Under the pieces are notes generated by a model, which had not been told where the DNA came from, made no database searches, and saw only the letters and a program-made list of their open reading frames with translations. Shown here one piece after another: positions 17,195 to 25,922 of a DNA stretch of 32,000 nucleotides. The position numbers and the translations under genes are program-made. Source of the DNA: Cupriavidus necator (lineage in GTDB: Bacteria; Pseudomonadota; Gammaproteobacteria; Burkholderiales; Burkholderiaceae); NCBI RefSeq assembly GCF_016127575.1, contig NZ_CP066019.1, positions 480,001 through 512,000 of the forward strand. The letters run 5' to 3'. Within the stretch, counting starts at the first letter, position 1, and each line of letters opens with the position of its first letter.

Positions 17195-18463
17195 TCAAGC
17201 CTTGGCCAATGCCATCGGCGCACCCGCCGCGACTGCCACCTTCGCGCCGACATGCTGGTCGACAACCCCTGCCACCATATCCGCCGTCACCGCCGACAAA
17301 GTCCACCCCAGGTGCCCATGCCCGGTGTTGTAGAAGATGCAGGCCGCACGCCCGCGCCCCACGCGCGGCAGCATATCCGGCATCATCGGCCGCAGCCCGG
17401 CCCAAGGCACCACGCTGCGCGTGCTGACGCCGGGGAAGCACTGCTGCACCCATTCCACCAGCGGGCGGATGCGGTCGGCGCGGATATCGCGGTTGTAGCC
17501 GTTGAACTCGGCGGTGCCGGCCACGCGGAAGCGGTCGTCGCCCAGGCGGCTGGTGACCAGCTTGGTTTCGTCGTCGAGCAGGCTGACCACCGGTGCGGCG
17601 GCGCGGCTGGCCTCATCGGTCAGGTTGACCGTGATCGAATAGCCCTTGACCGGATAGATGTTGACGCGGTCGCCCAGCCCGGCGGCCAGTGCGCGGCTGG
17701 CGGTGCCGGCGCAGATCACGGCGCCGTCGAAGGTGGAGGTGGCCGTGTCGGCGCCGTCCTGCACGGTCACGGTGGCGCGCCTGCCGTCGGTCTTCACCGC
17801 CCGCACGTCCTGGCCGTACAGGCAGCGCACGCCCAGCCGATCGATGGCTGCGGCCAGGCCGCTGGTGAACTTGTGGATGTCGCCGGTGGAATCGCTCTCG
17901 GTGAAGTAGCCGCCGTAGTACGAGCCGGCCAGCGTCGGCTCGATCGCGCGCATCTCCTCGGGCGTCACGGCGCGCCGTTCCAGCCCGCCCTGCGCCAGCA
18001 GTGCCGAGACCCGGCCGGCATGCTCGAAGCCGGTCTTGTCGCGGTAGATATGGAGGATGCCTTCCTTCTTCAGGTCGAAATCGATGCCTTCCTGCGCCGC
18101 CCAGGCGAACAGGTGCTCACGCGCCGCGATGGCCAGGCGCGCGGTCTCGATGGTGTTGCGGCGGTAGTGGGGGATCGCGGCGATGAACTCGGCGAACCAG
18201 GACAGCTTGTGCCAGCTGGGCCGGGGATTGACCAACAACGGGGCGTCGTTGCGCAGCATCCATTTCATGCCCTTGACGAGGGTCGACCAGTGGGTCCAGA
18301 CCTCGGCGTTGGAGGCCGACAACTGGCCGCCGTTGGCGAACGAGGTCTCCATGGCGGCATAGCGGTGCCGTTCGAACAGCGTGACGGAGAATCCGCGCCG
18401 GGCCAGCGCGTAGGCCGTGGTGACACCCGTGATGCCACCGCCGATGACAGCGATTGATTTCAT
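17195..18463 (-). CDS. FAD-dependent oxidoreductase, D-amino-acid dehydrogenase (DadA) family
   Basis: The start is the internal ATG at 18463 (MKSIAVIGGGITGVTTAYALARRG, a GxGxxG motif). The protein is collinear with E. coli DadA as recalled (ALETSxANxGQ, YPxKGYS, GLRPMxPD, NTGHGxLGWT). The longer 18553 start would read through the riboswitch. Confidence 0.9.
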   Translation of the reverse strand: MKSIAVIGGGITGVTTAYALARRGFSVTLFERHRYAAMETSFANGGQLSASNAEVWTHWSTLVKGMKWMLRNDAPLLVNPRPSWHKLSWFAEFIAAIPHYRRNTIETARLAIAAREHLFAWAAQEGIDFDLKKEGILHIYRDKTGFEHAGRVSALLAQGGLERRAVTPEEMRAIEPTLAGSYYGGYFTESDSTGDIHKFTSGLAAAIDRLGVRCLYGQDVRAVKTDGRRATVTVQDGADTATSTFDGAVICAGTASRALAAGLGDRVNIYPVKGYSITVNLTDEASRAAAPVVSLLDDETKLVTSRLGDDRFRVAGTAEFNGYNRDIRADRIRPLVEWVQQCFPGVSTRSVVPWAGLRPMMPDMLPRVGRGRAACIFYNTGHGHLGWTLSAVTADMVAGVVDQHVGAKVAVAAGAPMALAKA

Positions 18464-18527
18464 GATCTGCAGGTTCCAGGAACGTCGATGGTGGGAGCCC
18501 GGACGCAATATGCGTGGCGGACGCCCC

Positions 18528-18729
18528 CTCTGTTCTGGACCTGAGAGATTCACGCCACCCGGCCGCGAGGGCGGGGCGCGCTTGCTCCTTCGGTATGCCG
18601 GCGGACGATAGCGTCCGGCATTCTTCAGAGTGCACTGACTGGTGATGCCGGTCCTTTTGCCTGAGAGTTTCCGGGGCGGTTGCTCCTTCGGCGCTGTCCG
18701 CGGCGGGCACCGCGACAGTCTCTCCCTGC
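18528..18729 (-). promoter_or_regulatory. Tandem glycine riboswitch (two aptamers) in the 5' leader of the dadA-like gene
   Basis: Minus-strand aptamer 1 reads GGGAGAG...GCGCCGAAGGAGCAAcc...CUCUCAGGCAAAAGGAC. Aptamer 2 reads CACUCUGAAGAA...ACCGAAGGAGCAAgc...CUCUCAGGUCCAGAACAGAG. These match the conserved glycine-riboswitch cores (GGAGAG / CCGAAGGxGCAA / CUCUCAGGCAAAAGGAC). Confidence 0.8.
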
Positions 18730-18944
18730 ATCACATTGGCTTGACGCCAATCCGGGCAATGTAGTGACAAGGCTCGACGTTGGATATGCGGGTTAACGCT
18801 TAGGCAGCCTGCCGCCCGCGTCGCTATGTCGCATCGGCCTGCGCCCCCGTGCCCCATAAAATGTCAGCGCTCGCTCTCGGGGAGAGGCGCCGTATGCTGC
18901 GCTCAGGTGGAGTGAGTCGAAAAAGACGACAACAAGGTTTTCCA

Positions 18945-21221
18945 GTGAAGAAGAATCGCATTGCACTGGCCGTTTCGGCGGTGCTGATGGGCCCCGCCGT
19001 CGCCGCCGCCCAGGTGGTGGACGCGCCCGAGCCGCTGCAGGAGGTGGTGGTCTCGGCCAAGTCGGAGCGCGCCGAGACGCCGGCCATACCGCCCAACACG
19101 CCCTCGCCGGCCTACGGCATCAGCCGCCGCCGCATGGCCGACTTCAATGTGGTGAACACGGAAGACGCCCTCAAGTACGCGCCCAACCTCGCCGTACGCA
19201 AGCGCTTCATCGGCGATATGAATTCGATCATCTCGGTGCGCAGCACCAGTTCGCGCCAGTCGGCGCGGGGGCTGGTCTATGCGGACGGCCTGCTGCTGTC
19301 CAACCTGCTGGGATCGGACTTCAGCTTCCCGCCGCGCTGGTCGCTGGTCAACAGCGCCGAGATCGAGCGCATGGATGTGCTGTACGGCCCGTATTCGGCG
19401 CTGTATCCCGGCAACTCGCTGGGCGCGACGGTGCTGATCACCACGCGCACGCCGGAGAAGTTCGAGGGCGATGCCAGCGTGCAGCTGTTCACGCAGCGCT
19501 TCAGCCTGTATGGCACGCACGACAACTTCAACGGGGTCCACGCCAACGCCTATGTGGGCGACCGCGTCGGCCCGTTCTCGTGGCTGGTCAGCGTGGACCG
19601 GCAGGACAGCAAGAGCCAGCCGCTGAGTTTCTATACCGCGGCGCGTTCCACGGCCCGTGCCACTTCCGCCGACAAGCCGGTCACCGGCGCGCACTTCGAC
19701 CAGGACCAGACCGGCCGCGAGCGCGTGGTGATGGGCGTGAACAGCGAGGGCGTCACGCATACCGTGCAGGACCAGCTCAAGCTCAAGCTCGGCTACGACA
19801 TCACCAATACCCTGCAGGCGCAGTTCACCGCGGCCTACTGGCAGCAGGACCGCTCCAGTGCCACCGGCAGCTACCTGCGCGATGCCGATGGCAATGTTGT
19901 GTCGAGCGGTCCCGTGAATATCGGCGGTTATCGCTATGTGATTCCCGCCAACGCCTTCGCCCCGAGCAATGGCGAGGACGCGCGCTGGCTCTATGGCCTG
20001 TCGCTGCGTACGCGCAATGAGACCGGCTGGAATTTCTCGGGCGTGGCGTCGCTGTTCGATGTCAGCAAGGACATCAGCCGCAGCGCCAACACCGTCGGCA
20101 GCGGGCCGGGCACGGTGACCTATGGCGACGGCACCGGCTGGCGCACGCTCGACCTGAAGGCCGACTACCGGCCGCGGCAGCTGCAGGGCGGGCACTGGGT
20201 CACGTTCGGCTACCACTATGACAATTACCGGCTGAGCAACACCACCTACAACACCTCGGACTGGCAGGCGGCCACCATCAGCGCCTTCAACAACGCCTTT
20301 GCCGGCAAGACCGAGACCCAGGCGCTGTATGCGCAAGACGCCTGGTACTTTGCCGAGGACTGGAAGCTGATCCCCGGCGTGCGCTACGAACACTGGCGCG
20401 CCTATGACGGCAGCCGCAGCCAGCCCGGCGTGGATATCGGCTACCCGGTGCGCAGCGAATCCAACTGGTCGCCCAAGCTGGCGCTGGAGAAGGCATTCGG
20501 GCAGGACTGGCTGGGCCGGTTGTCGCTGGGCCAGGCCTATCGCTATCCGACTGTCAGCGAGCTGTTCCAGGGCCGCATCACCGGGACCGCGTTGATCAAC
20601 AACGATCCCAACCTGCAGCCCGAGCGGTCGTTCTCGAAGGACCTGACCTTCGAGCGCACGCTGGATTCGTCGTACTTCCGGGTCTCGGTGTATGAGGACG
20701 ATATCCGCGATGCCCTGGTCAGCCAGACCAACACCACGGTATTCCCGACTGTCACCAGCTTTCAGAACGTCGACCGCGTGCGCACCCGCGGCATCGAGCT
20801 GGCCTATGACGCGCGCGATGTGTTCGTCAGCGGCTTCGACCTGTCGGCCAGCGGGGCCTACAACCATTCGAAGACGCTTGAGAACGCCAACAACCCGGCC
20901 TCGGTGGGCAAGTACTTCTACCGCATCCCCAAGTGGCGGGCCAACCTGATGGGCACCTATCGCATCACGCCGGCCTGGGCCGGCACGCTGGCCATGACCT
21001 ATTCGGGGCGGCAGTACAATACGCTCGACAATTCCGACGTCAACCCCGACACCTTCGGCGGCACCAGCAGCTTCCTGACCTTTGACGTCAAGCTGACGTA
21101 CCGGCCCGCGAAGAACGTGCGCCTCGGGCTTGGCATCGACAACCTCACCGACCAGCGCTACTACGTCTATCACCCGTATCCGGGCCGGACGTTCTACGCC
21201 GAGGCGAAACTCTCCTTCTGA
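18945..21221 (+). CDS. TonB-dependent outer-membrane receptor
   Basis: The GTG at 18945 gives the signal peptide VKKNRIALAVSAVLMGPAVAAAQ, with ATG 18894 as an alternative. It has a plug region (EVVVSA..., NTEDALKYAPNLAVR, IERMDVLYGPYSALYPGNSLGATV). The barrel ends ...GRTFYAEAKLSF with a terminal Phe. Confidence 0.9.
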   Translation: MKKNRIALAVSAVLMGPAVAAAQVVDAPEPLQEVVVSAKSERAETPAIPPNTPSPAYGISRRRMADFNVVNTEDALKYAPNLAVRKRFIGDMNSIISVRSTSSRQSARGLVYADGLLLSNLLGSDFSFPPRWSLVNSAEIERMDVLYGPYSALYPGNSLGATVLITTRTPEKFEGDASVQLFTQRFSLYGTHDNFNGVHANAYVGDRVGPFSWLVSVDRQDSKSQPLSFYTAARSTARATSADKPVTGAHFDQDQTGRERVVMGVNSEGVTHTVQDQLKLKLGYDITNTLQAQFTAAYWQQDRSSATGSYLRDADGNVVSSGPVNIGGYRYVIPANAFAPSNGEDARWLYGLSLRTRNETGWNFSGVASLFDVSKDISRSANTVGSGPGTVTYGDGTGWRTLDLKADYRPRQLQGGHWVTFGYHYDNYRLSNTTYNTSDWQAATISAFNNAFAGKTETQALYAQDAWYFAEDWKLIPGVRYEHWRAYDGSRSQPGVDIGYPVRSESNWSPKLALEKAFGQDWLGRLSLGQAYRYPTVSELFQGRITGTALINNDPNLQPERSFSKDLTFERTLDSSYFRVSVYEDDIRDALVSQTNTTVFPTVTSFQNVDRVRTRGIELAYDARDVFVSGFDLSASGAYNHSKTLENANNPASVGKYFYRIPKWRANLMGTYRITPAWAGTLAMTYSGRQYNTLDNSDVNPDTFGGTSSFLTFDVKLTYRPAKNVRLGLGIDNLTDQRYYVYHPYPGRTFYAEAKLSF

Positions 21222-21246
21222 GCACGTGAACAGGCTGACCACAACC

Positions 21247-22470
21247 ATGCAAGGCGTTCGCCCCGGTTTCCGCTTGATCGTTGCCGGGCTGATGATGGCC
21301 GGTGCCGCGCTGGCCGCGACCGCGCAAACGCACGGCGATCACAGCGGCCACGGCGCGCAGGCCAAGGCCGCGAAGATGAGCGAGCTGGGCACCGGCGCCG
21401 CGTTCGATCGAAACGGCAAGCTATGGGTCGCCTACAAGGACGGCCCTTACGTCGCGGTACGTGCATCGACCGATTACGGCCGCAGCTTCGGGCCGGCGCA
21501 GCATGTCAACAGCGTGCCGGAGCAGGCCGCCGCCGATCACGAAAGCCGGCCCAAGGTCGCCACCGGGCGCGACGGCGAGATCTTCGTCACCTGGACCCAG
21601 CCGCTGCCCAAGCCGTGGACCGGCTTTATCCGCTTTGCGCGTTCCACCGATGGCGGCAAGTCCTTCGCCGAACCGCTGACGGTGCATGCCAACCGCGACC
21701 AGATCGCCCACCGCTTCGACGCCATCGCGGTGGACAATGCCGGGCGCGTCTTCGTCAGCTGGATCGACAAGCGCGACGTGGTTGCCGCCGAGGCGCGCAA
21801 GCAGCCGTACGCCGGCGCCGCGGTCTACTACGCGGTCTCGGCCGATCACGGCAAGACCTTCCAGGGCGACTACAAGGTCGCCGACCAGTCGTGCGAATGC
21901 TGCCGCATCGCGCTGTCGCCCACGCCCGACGGCAAGATGCTGGCGCTGTGGCGCCATGTATTCCCGCCCAACGCGCGCGACCACGCGCTGGCGCTGCTGG
22001 GCACCGACGGCAAGGCCACGCCGGTGCAGCGCGCCACCTTCGACGACTGGCGCATCGATGCCTGTCCGCACCACGGCCCCGGCGCTTCGGTGGCGCCCGA
22101 TGGCACGGTGCACATGATCTGGTTCAACGTGCGCGAAGGCAAGCCCACGGTCTCGGTGGGGCGCTGGAAGGACGGCAAGCTGCAGGCACAGCGCCCGCTG
22201 GATGATCCGCGTGCGCAGCATGCCGACATCGTCGCGCTGAACGACAACGAGATCGCGGTGGCCTGGAAATCGTTCGACGGCCGGCAGACACGGCTGTCCG
22301 CCATGCTGTCGCACGATGGCGGCAAGACCTGGCAGACGCGCAAGCTGGCCGGCACGGAGCGCGACTCGGACCAGCCGCACCTGCTGCAGCACGCCGGCCG
22401 CGCCTACGTGCTGTGGCGTACCGATGCCGAGGGCTTCCAGGTGTTCCCGCTGGGCAAGGAGGGCGCATGA
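21247..22470 (+). CDS. Periplasmic BNR/Asp-box beta-propeller protein (sialidase-like fold) with Cys/His motifs
   Basis: Internal ATG with a signal peptide (MQGVRPGFRLIVAGLMMAGAALAATA). Four Asp-boxes are present: STDYGRSF, STDGGKSF, SADHGKTF and SHDGGKTW. There is an N-terminal HGDHSGHG, a CECC at 21892-21903 and a CPHH at 22063-22074. Confidence 0.85.
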   Translation: MQGVRPGFRLIVAGLMMAGAALAATAQTHGDHSGHGAQAKAAKMSELGTGAAFDRNGKLWVAYKDGPYVAVRASTDYGRSFGPAQHVNSVPEQAAADHESRPKVATGRDGEIFVTWTQPLPKPWTGFIRFARSTDGGKSFAEPLTVHANRDQIAHRFDAIAVDNAGRVFVSWIDKRDVVAAEARKQPYAGAAVYYAVSADHGKTFQGDYKVADQSCECCRIALSPTPDGKMLALWRHVFPPNARDHALALLGTDGKATPVQRATFDDWRIDACPHHGPGASVAPDGTVHMIWFNVREGKPTVSVGRWKDGKLQAQRPLDDPRAQHADIVALNDNEIAVAWKSFDGRQTRLSAMLSHDGGKTWQTRKLAGTERDSDQPHLLQHAGRAYVLWRTDAEGFQVFPLGKEGA

Positions 22471-22970
22471 TGCCATCCCGCCGCAAGCTGCTCGCCGCTG
22501 CAGTCCTGACCCTGGCGATGACTGCCGCCAATGCCGGCAGTCAACCGGCCGAGCGCGTTGCCGTGTTCGCATCGGCCAGCGCCGCCCAGCTCGCAGCCAG
22601 CCAGCAGGGCAAGCCCTTTGTGCTGGTGGTGTGGTCGCTCGACTGCGTCTATTGCAAGCGCAACTTCGACACCATCGGCAAGCTGCGCGCGCAGCATCCA
22701 AACCTGCGCGTCGTCACGCTGGCGACGGACAACCCCGACGCGCTGCCACAGGTGCAGCAACTGCTCCAGCGCGTCAGGCTCACGCGCAACGCGTGGGTGT
22801 TCGGGCACGAGCCGCAGGAGCGGCTGCGCTATGCGGTCGATCCGGACTGGATGGGCGAGATGCCGCGCACCTACTTCTATCGCGCCGATGGCCAGCGGCA
22901 GGGCGTGTCCGGCGTGATCAGCGACGCCGACTGGGACAAGCACCTGCGCTGGGCTGGCATCGCCGGCTAA
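22467..22970 (+). CDS. Thioredoxin-fold (TlpA/DsbE-like) periplasmic protein
   Basis: Its ATGATG overlaps the upstream stop. The signal peptide is MMPSRRKLLAAAVLTLAMTAANA. A CxxC motif, WSLDCVYC, lies at 22644-22655. Confidence 0.82.
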   Translation: MMPSRRKLLAAAVLTLAMTAANAGSQPAERVAVFASASAAQLAASQQGKPFVLVVWSLDCVYCKRNFDTIGKLRAQHPNLRVVTLATDNPDALPQVQQLLQRVRLTRNAWVFGHEPQERLRYAVDPDWMGEMPRTYFYRADGQRQGVSGVISDADWDKHLRWAGIAG

Positions 22971-22995
22971 GGCTGTGCCGGGAGCGGCTGTCCGC

Positions 22996-23985
22996 TCAAT
23001 CCGGCTTGATCCCGGCGCGCGCAATGATGGGCTTCCAGCGCTGCTGTTCCTGCGCGATAAAGCGCGAGAACTCGGCCGGCGTGCCGCCCACGACAATCGC
23101 CGCATCCGCGCTCAGGCGCTCGACCGAGGTCGGGCTTTTCACGGCTTTTGCGGTGACGTCCGCCAGCTTGTCGGCGGCCGCCTGCGGCAGCGATGCCGGC
23201 GCCAGCAGTCCGTACCACTGCGTCATTTCGAAGCCGGGATAGCCCTGTTCCGCGACCGTAGGCACGTCAGGCAGCTGGGCAATGCGCTGGGTCGTGCCGG
23301 TGGCGATGCAGCGCACCTTGCCGGCCTTGATGAACTGGATGATCGCCGGCGCGCCGACCGCGGCCGCATCCAGCCGTCCGGACAACAGGTCAGTGATCTG
23401 CGGGCCGCTGCCGCGATACGGCACATGGGTGATGAAGGTGCCGCTCGCGGCTTTCAGGTATTCAAAGGCCAGGTGGCCGGCGCTGCCGTTGCCGGCCGAA
23501 CCGTAGTTCAGCTTGCCAGGCTTGCTCTTGGCCAGCGCCACGAACTCCTTCAGGTTCTTCGCGGGCACGTCGGGGTGGACCACGTACAGGCTCGGCACCT
23601 TGGACAGCAGCGAGATCGCGCGGAAGTCCTTGACGGGGTCGTAGGGCAGCTTCGGGAAGATAAACGGATTGACCGCCAGCGTGCCGATATGGCCGAGGAT
23701 CAGCGTGTGGTTGTCATCGGCGCGCGCGACTTCGGCCATGGCGATATTGCCGGCCGCGCCGGGCTTGTTCTCGACGAAGACTGACACGCCTAGCAGCTTG
23801 GTCAGCTCCGCCGCGGTGGAGCGCGCCACGATCTCCGAGCTGCCGCCCGGCGCGAACGGCACCACCAGCCGGATCGGCTTGGCCGGCCAGGCCTGTGCGC
23901 GGGCCAGTGTTGGTGCCAGCGCGCACGCGCCCAGCGCGGCGGTGGTCTTGAGCAGATGGCGGCGAAGGGGATTTATCGGGGTCAT
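22996..23985 (-). CDS. Bug/TctC-family tripartite tricarboxylate transporter substrate-binding protein
   Basis: 329 aa with a Tat-like signal (RRHLLKTTAALGACALAP). The sequence WPAKPIRLVVPFAPGGSSEIVAR is the characteristic Bug N-terminal core. Confidence 0.92.
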   Translation of the reverse strand: MTPINPLRRHLLKTTAALGACALAPTLARAQAWPAKPIRLVVPFAPGGSSEIVARSTAAELTKLLGVSVFVENKPGAAGNIAMAEVARADDNHTLILGHIGTLAVNPFIFPKLPYDPVKDFRAISLLSKVPSLYVVHPDVPAKNLKEFVALAKSKPGKLNYGSAGNGSAGHLAFEYLKAASGTFITHVPYRGSGPQITDLLSGRLDAAAVGAPAIIQFIKAGKVRCIATGTTQRIAQLPDVPTVAEQGYPGFEMTQWYGLLAPASLPQAAADKLADVTAKAVKSPTSVERLSADAAIVVGGTPAEFSRFIAQEQQRWKPIIARAGIKPD

Positions 23986-24046
23986 GTATTTCTCCTCAAA
24001 GTTCTGTAGCTGGGCCGTGGTGGGGCAGAGTCGGTGCCAATTGGTG

Positions 24047-25027
24047 CTATTCGGGCTTGATGTTGCCGTCCCGGATGACCTTGGCCCATAGCCGGGCCTG
24101 CCCGTCGATGAATTGCCGTGCCTGTGCTGGCGGCGCAGCCACGACCTCGCCGCCCAGCTCGGCCACGCGTTGCCGGATCTCGGGGCTGGTCATGACTTTC
24201 CGCAGGGCGTCGGCGAGCTTCGCTGCGATCGGGTCCGGCGTTGCGGCGGGCAGGAAGGCCGCGTTCCATTCATAGACCTCGTAGCTCGCCACGCCGGCTT
24301 CCTGCATGGTGGGCACGGACGGCAATGCCTGGGTGCGGGCATGGCTGGTCACCGCCAGCGGCTTCAGCTTGCCGGCCTTGATGTGCTGCAGGCTCGAAGC
24401 GACGTTGGCAAAGAACAGCGGCACCTGGCCGGCGATGACATCGGTCATGGCGGGGCCGCCGCCCTTGTAGGGCACATGCAGTAGATCGACCCCCGCGCGC
24501 TGCTCGAACAGCACGCCGGCCAGATGCTGCGCCGAGCCATTGCCCGAGGACGCAAAGGCGACCGAGCCTGGCTTTTGCCTGGCCATGGCCAGGACGTCGC
24601 TGACCTTGCTGGCGGGGAAGCCCGCCGTGGCCACCAGCACGTTGGGATAGCGCGCCAGCACGCCGACCGGCCGGAAGGCCTTGTCCGGATCGTAGGGCAG
24701 GCGCGGATAGAGGCTGGGATTCACCGCATAAGAGGAGGCATCGACCATCATCGTGTAGCCGTCCGGTGCCGCCTTGGCGACATAGGCGGCACCGATCTGC
24801 CCGCCGGCACCCGGGCGGTTCTCGACGACGACGGTCTGGCCCAGCTCGCGCCCGAGGCCCGGCGCGATCAGCCGTGCCATCAGGTCCGCGCCGCCGCCCG
24901 GCGGATATGTCACCACGATCGTGATGGGCCGTGCCGGCCAGGCCGCGGCGGTGTCGGCGGCCTGCGCCAGCGTGGTGGTGGCGATCATGGCAGCGACCGT
25001 GGCGGCGATCGCGTGGCGTGCGTGCAT
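24047..25027 (-). CDS. Bug/TctC-family substrate-binding protein (second copy)
   Basis: Internal ATG at 25027 after a ggagaca RBS. The signal peptide is MHARHAIAATVAAMIATTTLAQA, followed by WPARPITIVVTYPPGGGADLMAR. Confidence 0.9.
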   Translation of the reverse strand: MHARHAIAATVAAMIATTTLAQAADTAAAWPARPITIVVTYPPGGGADLMARLIAPGLGRELGQTVVVENRPGAGGQIGAAYVAKAAPDGYTMMVDASSYAVNPSLYPRLPYDPDKAFRPVGVLARYPNVLVATAGFPASKVSDVLAMARQKPGSVAFASSGNGSAQHLAGVLFEQRAGVDLLHVPYKGGGPAMTDVIAGQVPLFFANVASSLQHIKAGKLKPLAVTSHARTQALPSVPTMQEAGVASYEVYEWNAAFLPAATPDPIAAKLADALRKVMTSPEIRQRVAELGGEVVAAPPAQARQFIDGQARLWAKVIRDGNIKPE

Positions 25028-25053
25028 GGGTCTGTCTCCTCGGGTGCGGTCCG

Positions 25054-25803
25054 TCAGCGGACGTCCGCGGTATAGCGAAAGGCAAAGGCGTCGCCCCGCG
25101 TCAGCCGGTATTCGATGCAGTTGCCGCCCAGGTCGAAGGCATGCCGGGTCACGACCGCGCACGGATGCGCATCCGGCAGGTCCAGCAAGGCCGCCTCGTC
25201 TGCTGCCAGCGTGCGGAAGGTCACTTCGTCAACGGCGCGATGGACCGTGATGCCGCAGGCGCTGCCCAGCAGCGGGTAGAGCAGGTCGCCCCATTGCGCC
25301 GGCGGGAGTTGCTGCAGGGCTTCGCAGCGCGGCAGCGGCAGCCAGATCGATTCCAGCAGCCGGGGCGTGTCCTCCAGCCAGCGGCGGCGCGAGATCGCCA
25401 GCCCGCGCGCGCCGGTCGGCAGCCCGAAGCGGGTTGCCATGGCCTTGTCCAGGCGCACGGCGCGGCACGACAGGATTTCCGAGCGCGGCACCGCCGGCGC
25501 GCCATCGACGCCGCCGAAGCGGAAAAACCGCATCAGGCTGGCCCCGCTCAGTCCCTTGCGCACAAAGGTGCCCTTGCCCTGCACGCGCTCCAGCAGGCCC
25601 TGCTGGACCAGCACGGCGATGGCCTGCCGGATGGTGCCCAGCGCAATGCCGAACTCCCTGGCCAGCGCGCCTTCCGCAGGGATGGCGCTGCCGGGCGTCC
25701 ACGCGCCCGAAACAATATTTGCCTGCAGTTCCGCCGCGATCTGGCCGTAGCGGCTCAGGCCAGCGGCGGTGGTTGTAGTCTGGAGCAGCGCGTTGTCTGG
25801 CAT
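25054..25803 (-). CDS. GntR-family transcriptional regulator (HutC/UTRA subtype)
   Basis: HTH segment IPAEGALAREFGIALGTIRQAIAVLVQQGLLERVQGKGTFV, followed by a ~150-aa effector domain. It heads the two bug genes. Confidence 0.9.
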   Translation of the reverse strand: MPDNALLQTTTTAAGLSRYGQIAAELQANIVSGAWTPGSAIPAEGALAREFGIALGTIRQAIAVLVQQGLLERVQGKGTFVRKGLSGASLMRFFRFGGVDGAPAVPRSEILSCRAVRLDKAMATRFGLPTGARGLAISRRRWLEDTPRLLESIWLPLPRCEALQQLPPAQWGDLLYPLLGSACGITVHRAVDEVTFRTLAADEAALLDLPDAHPCAVVTRHAFDLGGNCIEYRLTRGDAFAFRYTADVR

Positions 25804-25872
25804 GCCGAACCCGTGCTAAATTGATGTCGATGTCATCTAGAGGACTAGAATACTGACGCGGATACGGATGCC

Positions 25873-25884
25873 ATATCCGGATAT
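25873..25884. promoter_or_regulatory. Perfect 12-bp palindrome atatccggatat (candidate GntR operator); nearby tctag-agga-ctaga at ~25838-25851
   Basis: Both were read directly in the divergent intergenic region between the GntR gene and the amidohydrolase gene. Confidence 0.3.
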
Positions 25885-25922
25885 ACCCGCGCCACTGAGC
25901 CGCGCCACGGAGGGGCTGACTG

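Noticed and set aside
17033-18457. 474-aa plus-strand ORF antisense to the dadA-like gene; similar shadows at 69..974(-), 1020..2120(-), 1607..2770(-), 8173..9375(-), 9111..10847(-), 10708..12180(-), 13663..14700(-), 21421..22701(-), 22404..23105(-) and 24931..25824(+)
   Set aside because: All are Arg/Ala/Gly/Pro-rich and overlap ORFs with strong family signatures on the opposite strand or in another frame. This is expected in GC-rich DNA where stop codons are rare.
18730-18944. Looked for a cobalamin, TPP or other riboswitch, or a Fur box, on the plus strand upstream of the TonB-dependent receptor
   Set aside because: I could recognise no B12-box, TPP core (CUGAGA...ACCUGA) or Fur-like 19-mer. 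The CTGAGAG motifs in this intergenic region belong to the minus-strand glycine riboswitch. Only a short dyad, attggc-N5-gccaat (18735-18751), is present.
18903-21248. 781-aa minus-strand ORF antisense to the TonB-dependent receptor
   Set aside because: It is a shadow ORF with Arg/Gly/Ala/Val-rich composition and no recognisable motifs. The plus-strand frame has plug and barrel signatures and a terminal Phe.
22982-22997. Small hairpin gagcgg-ctgt-ccgctc between the thioredoxin-like gene and the convergent bug gene, as a terminator
   Set aside because: The stem is only 6 bp, there is no T-tract, and it overlaps the bug stop codon. The evidence is too weak to annotate.
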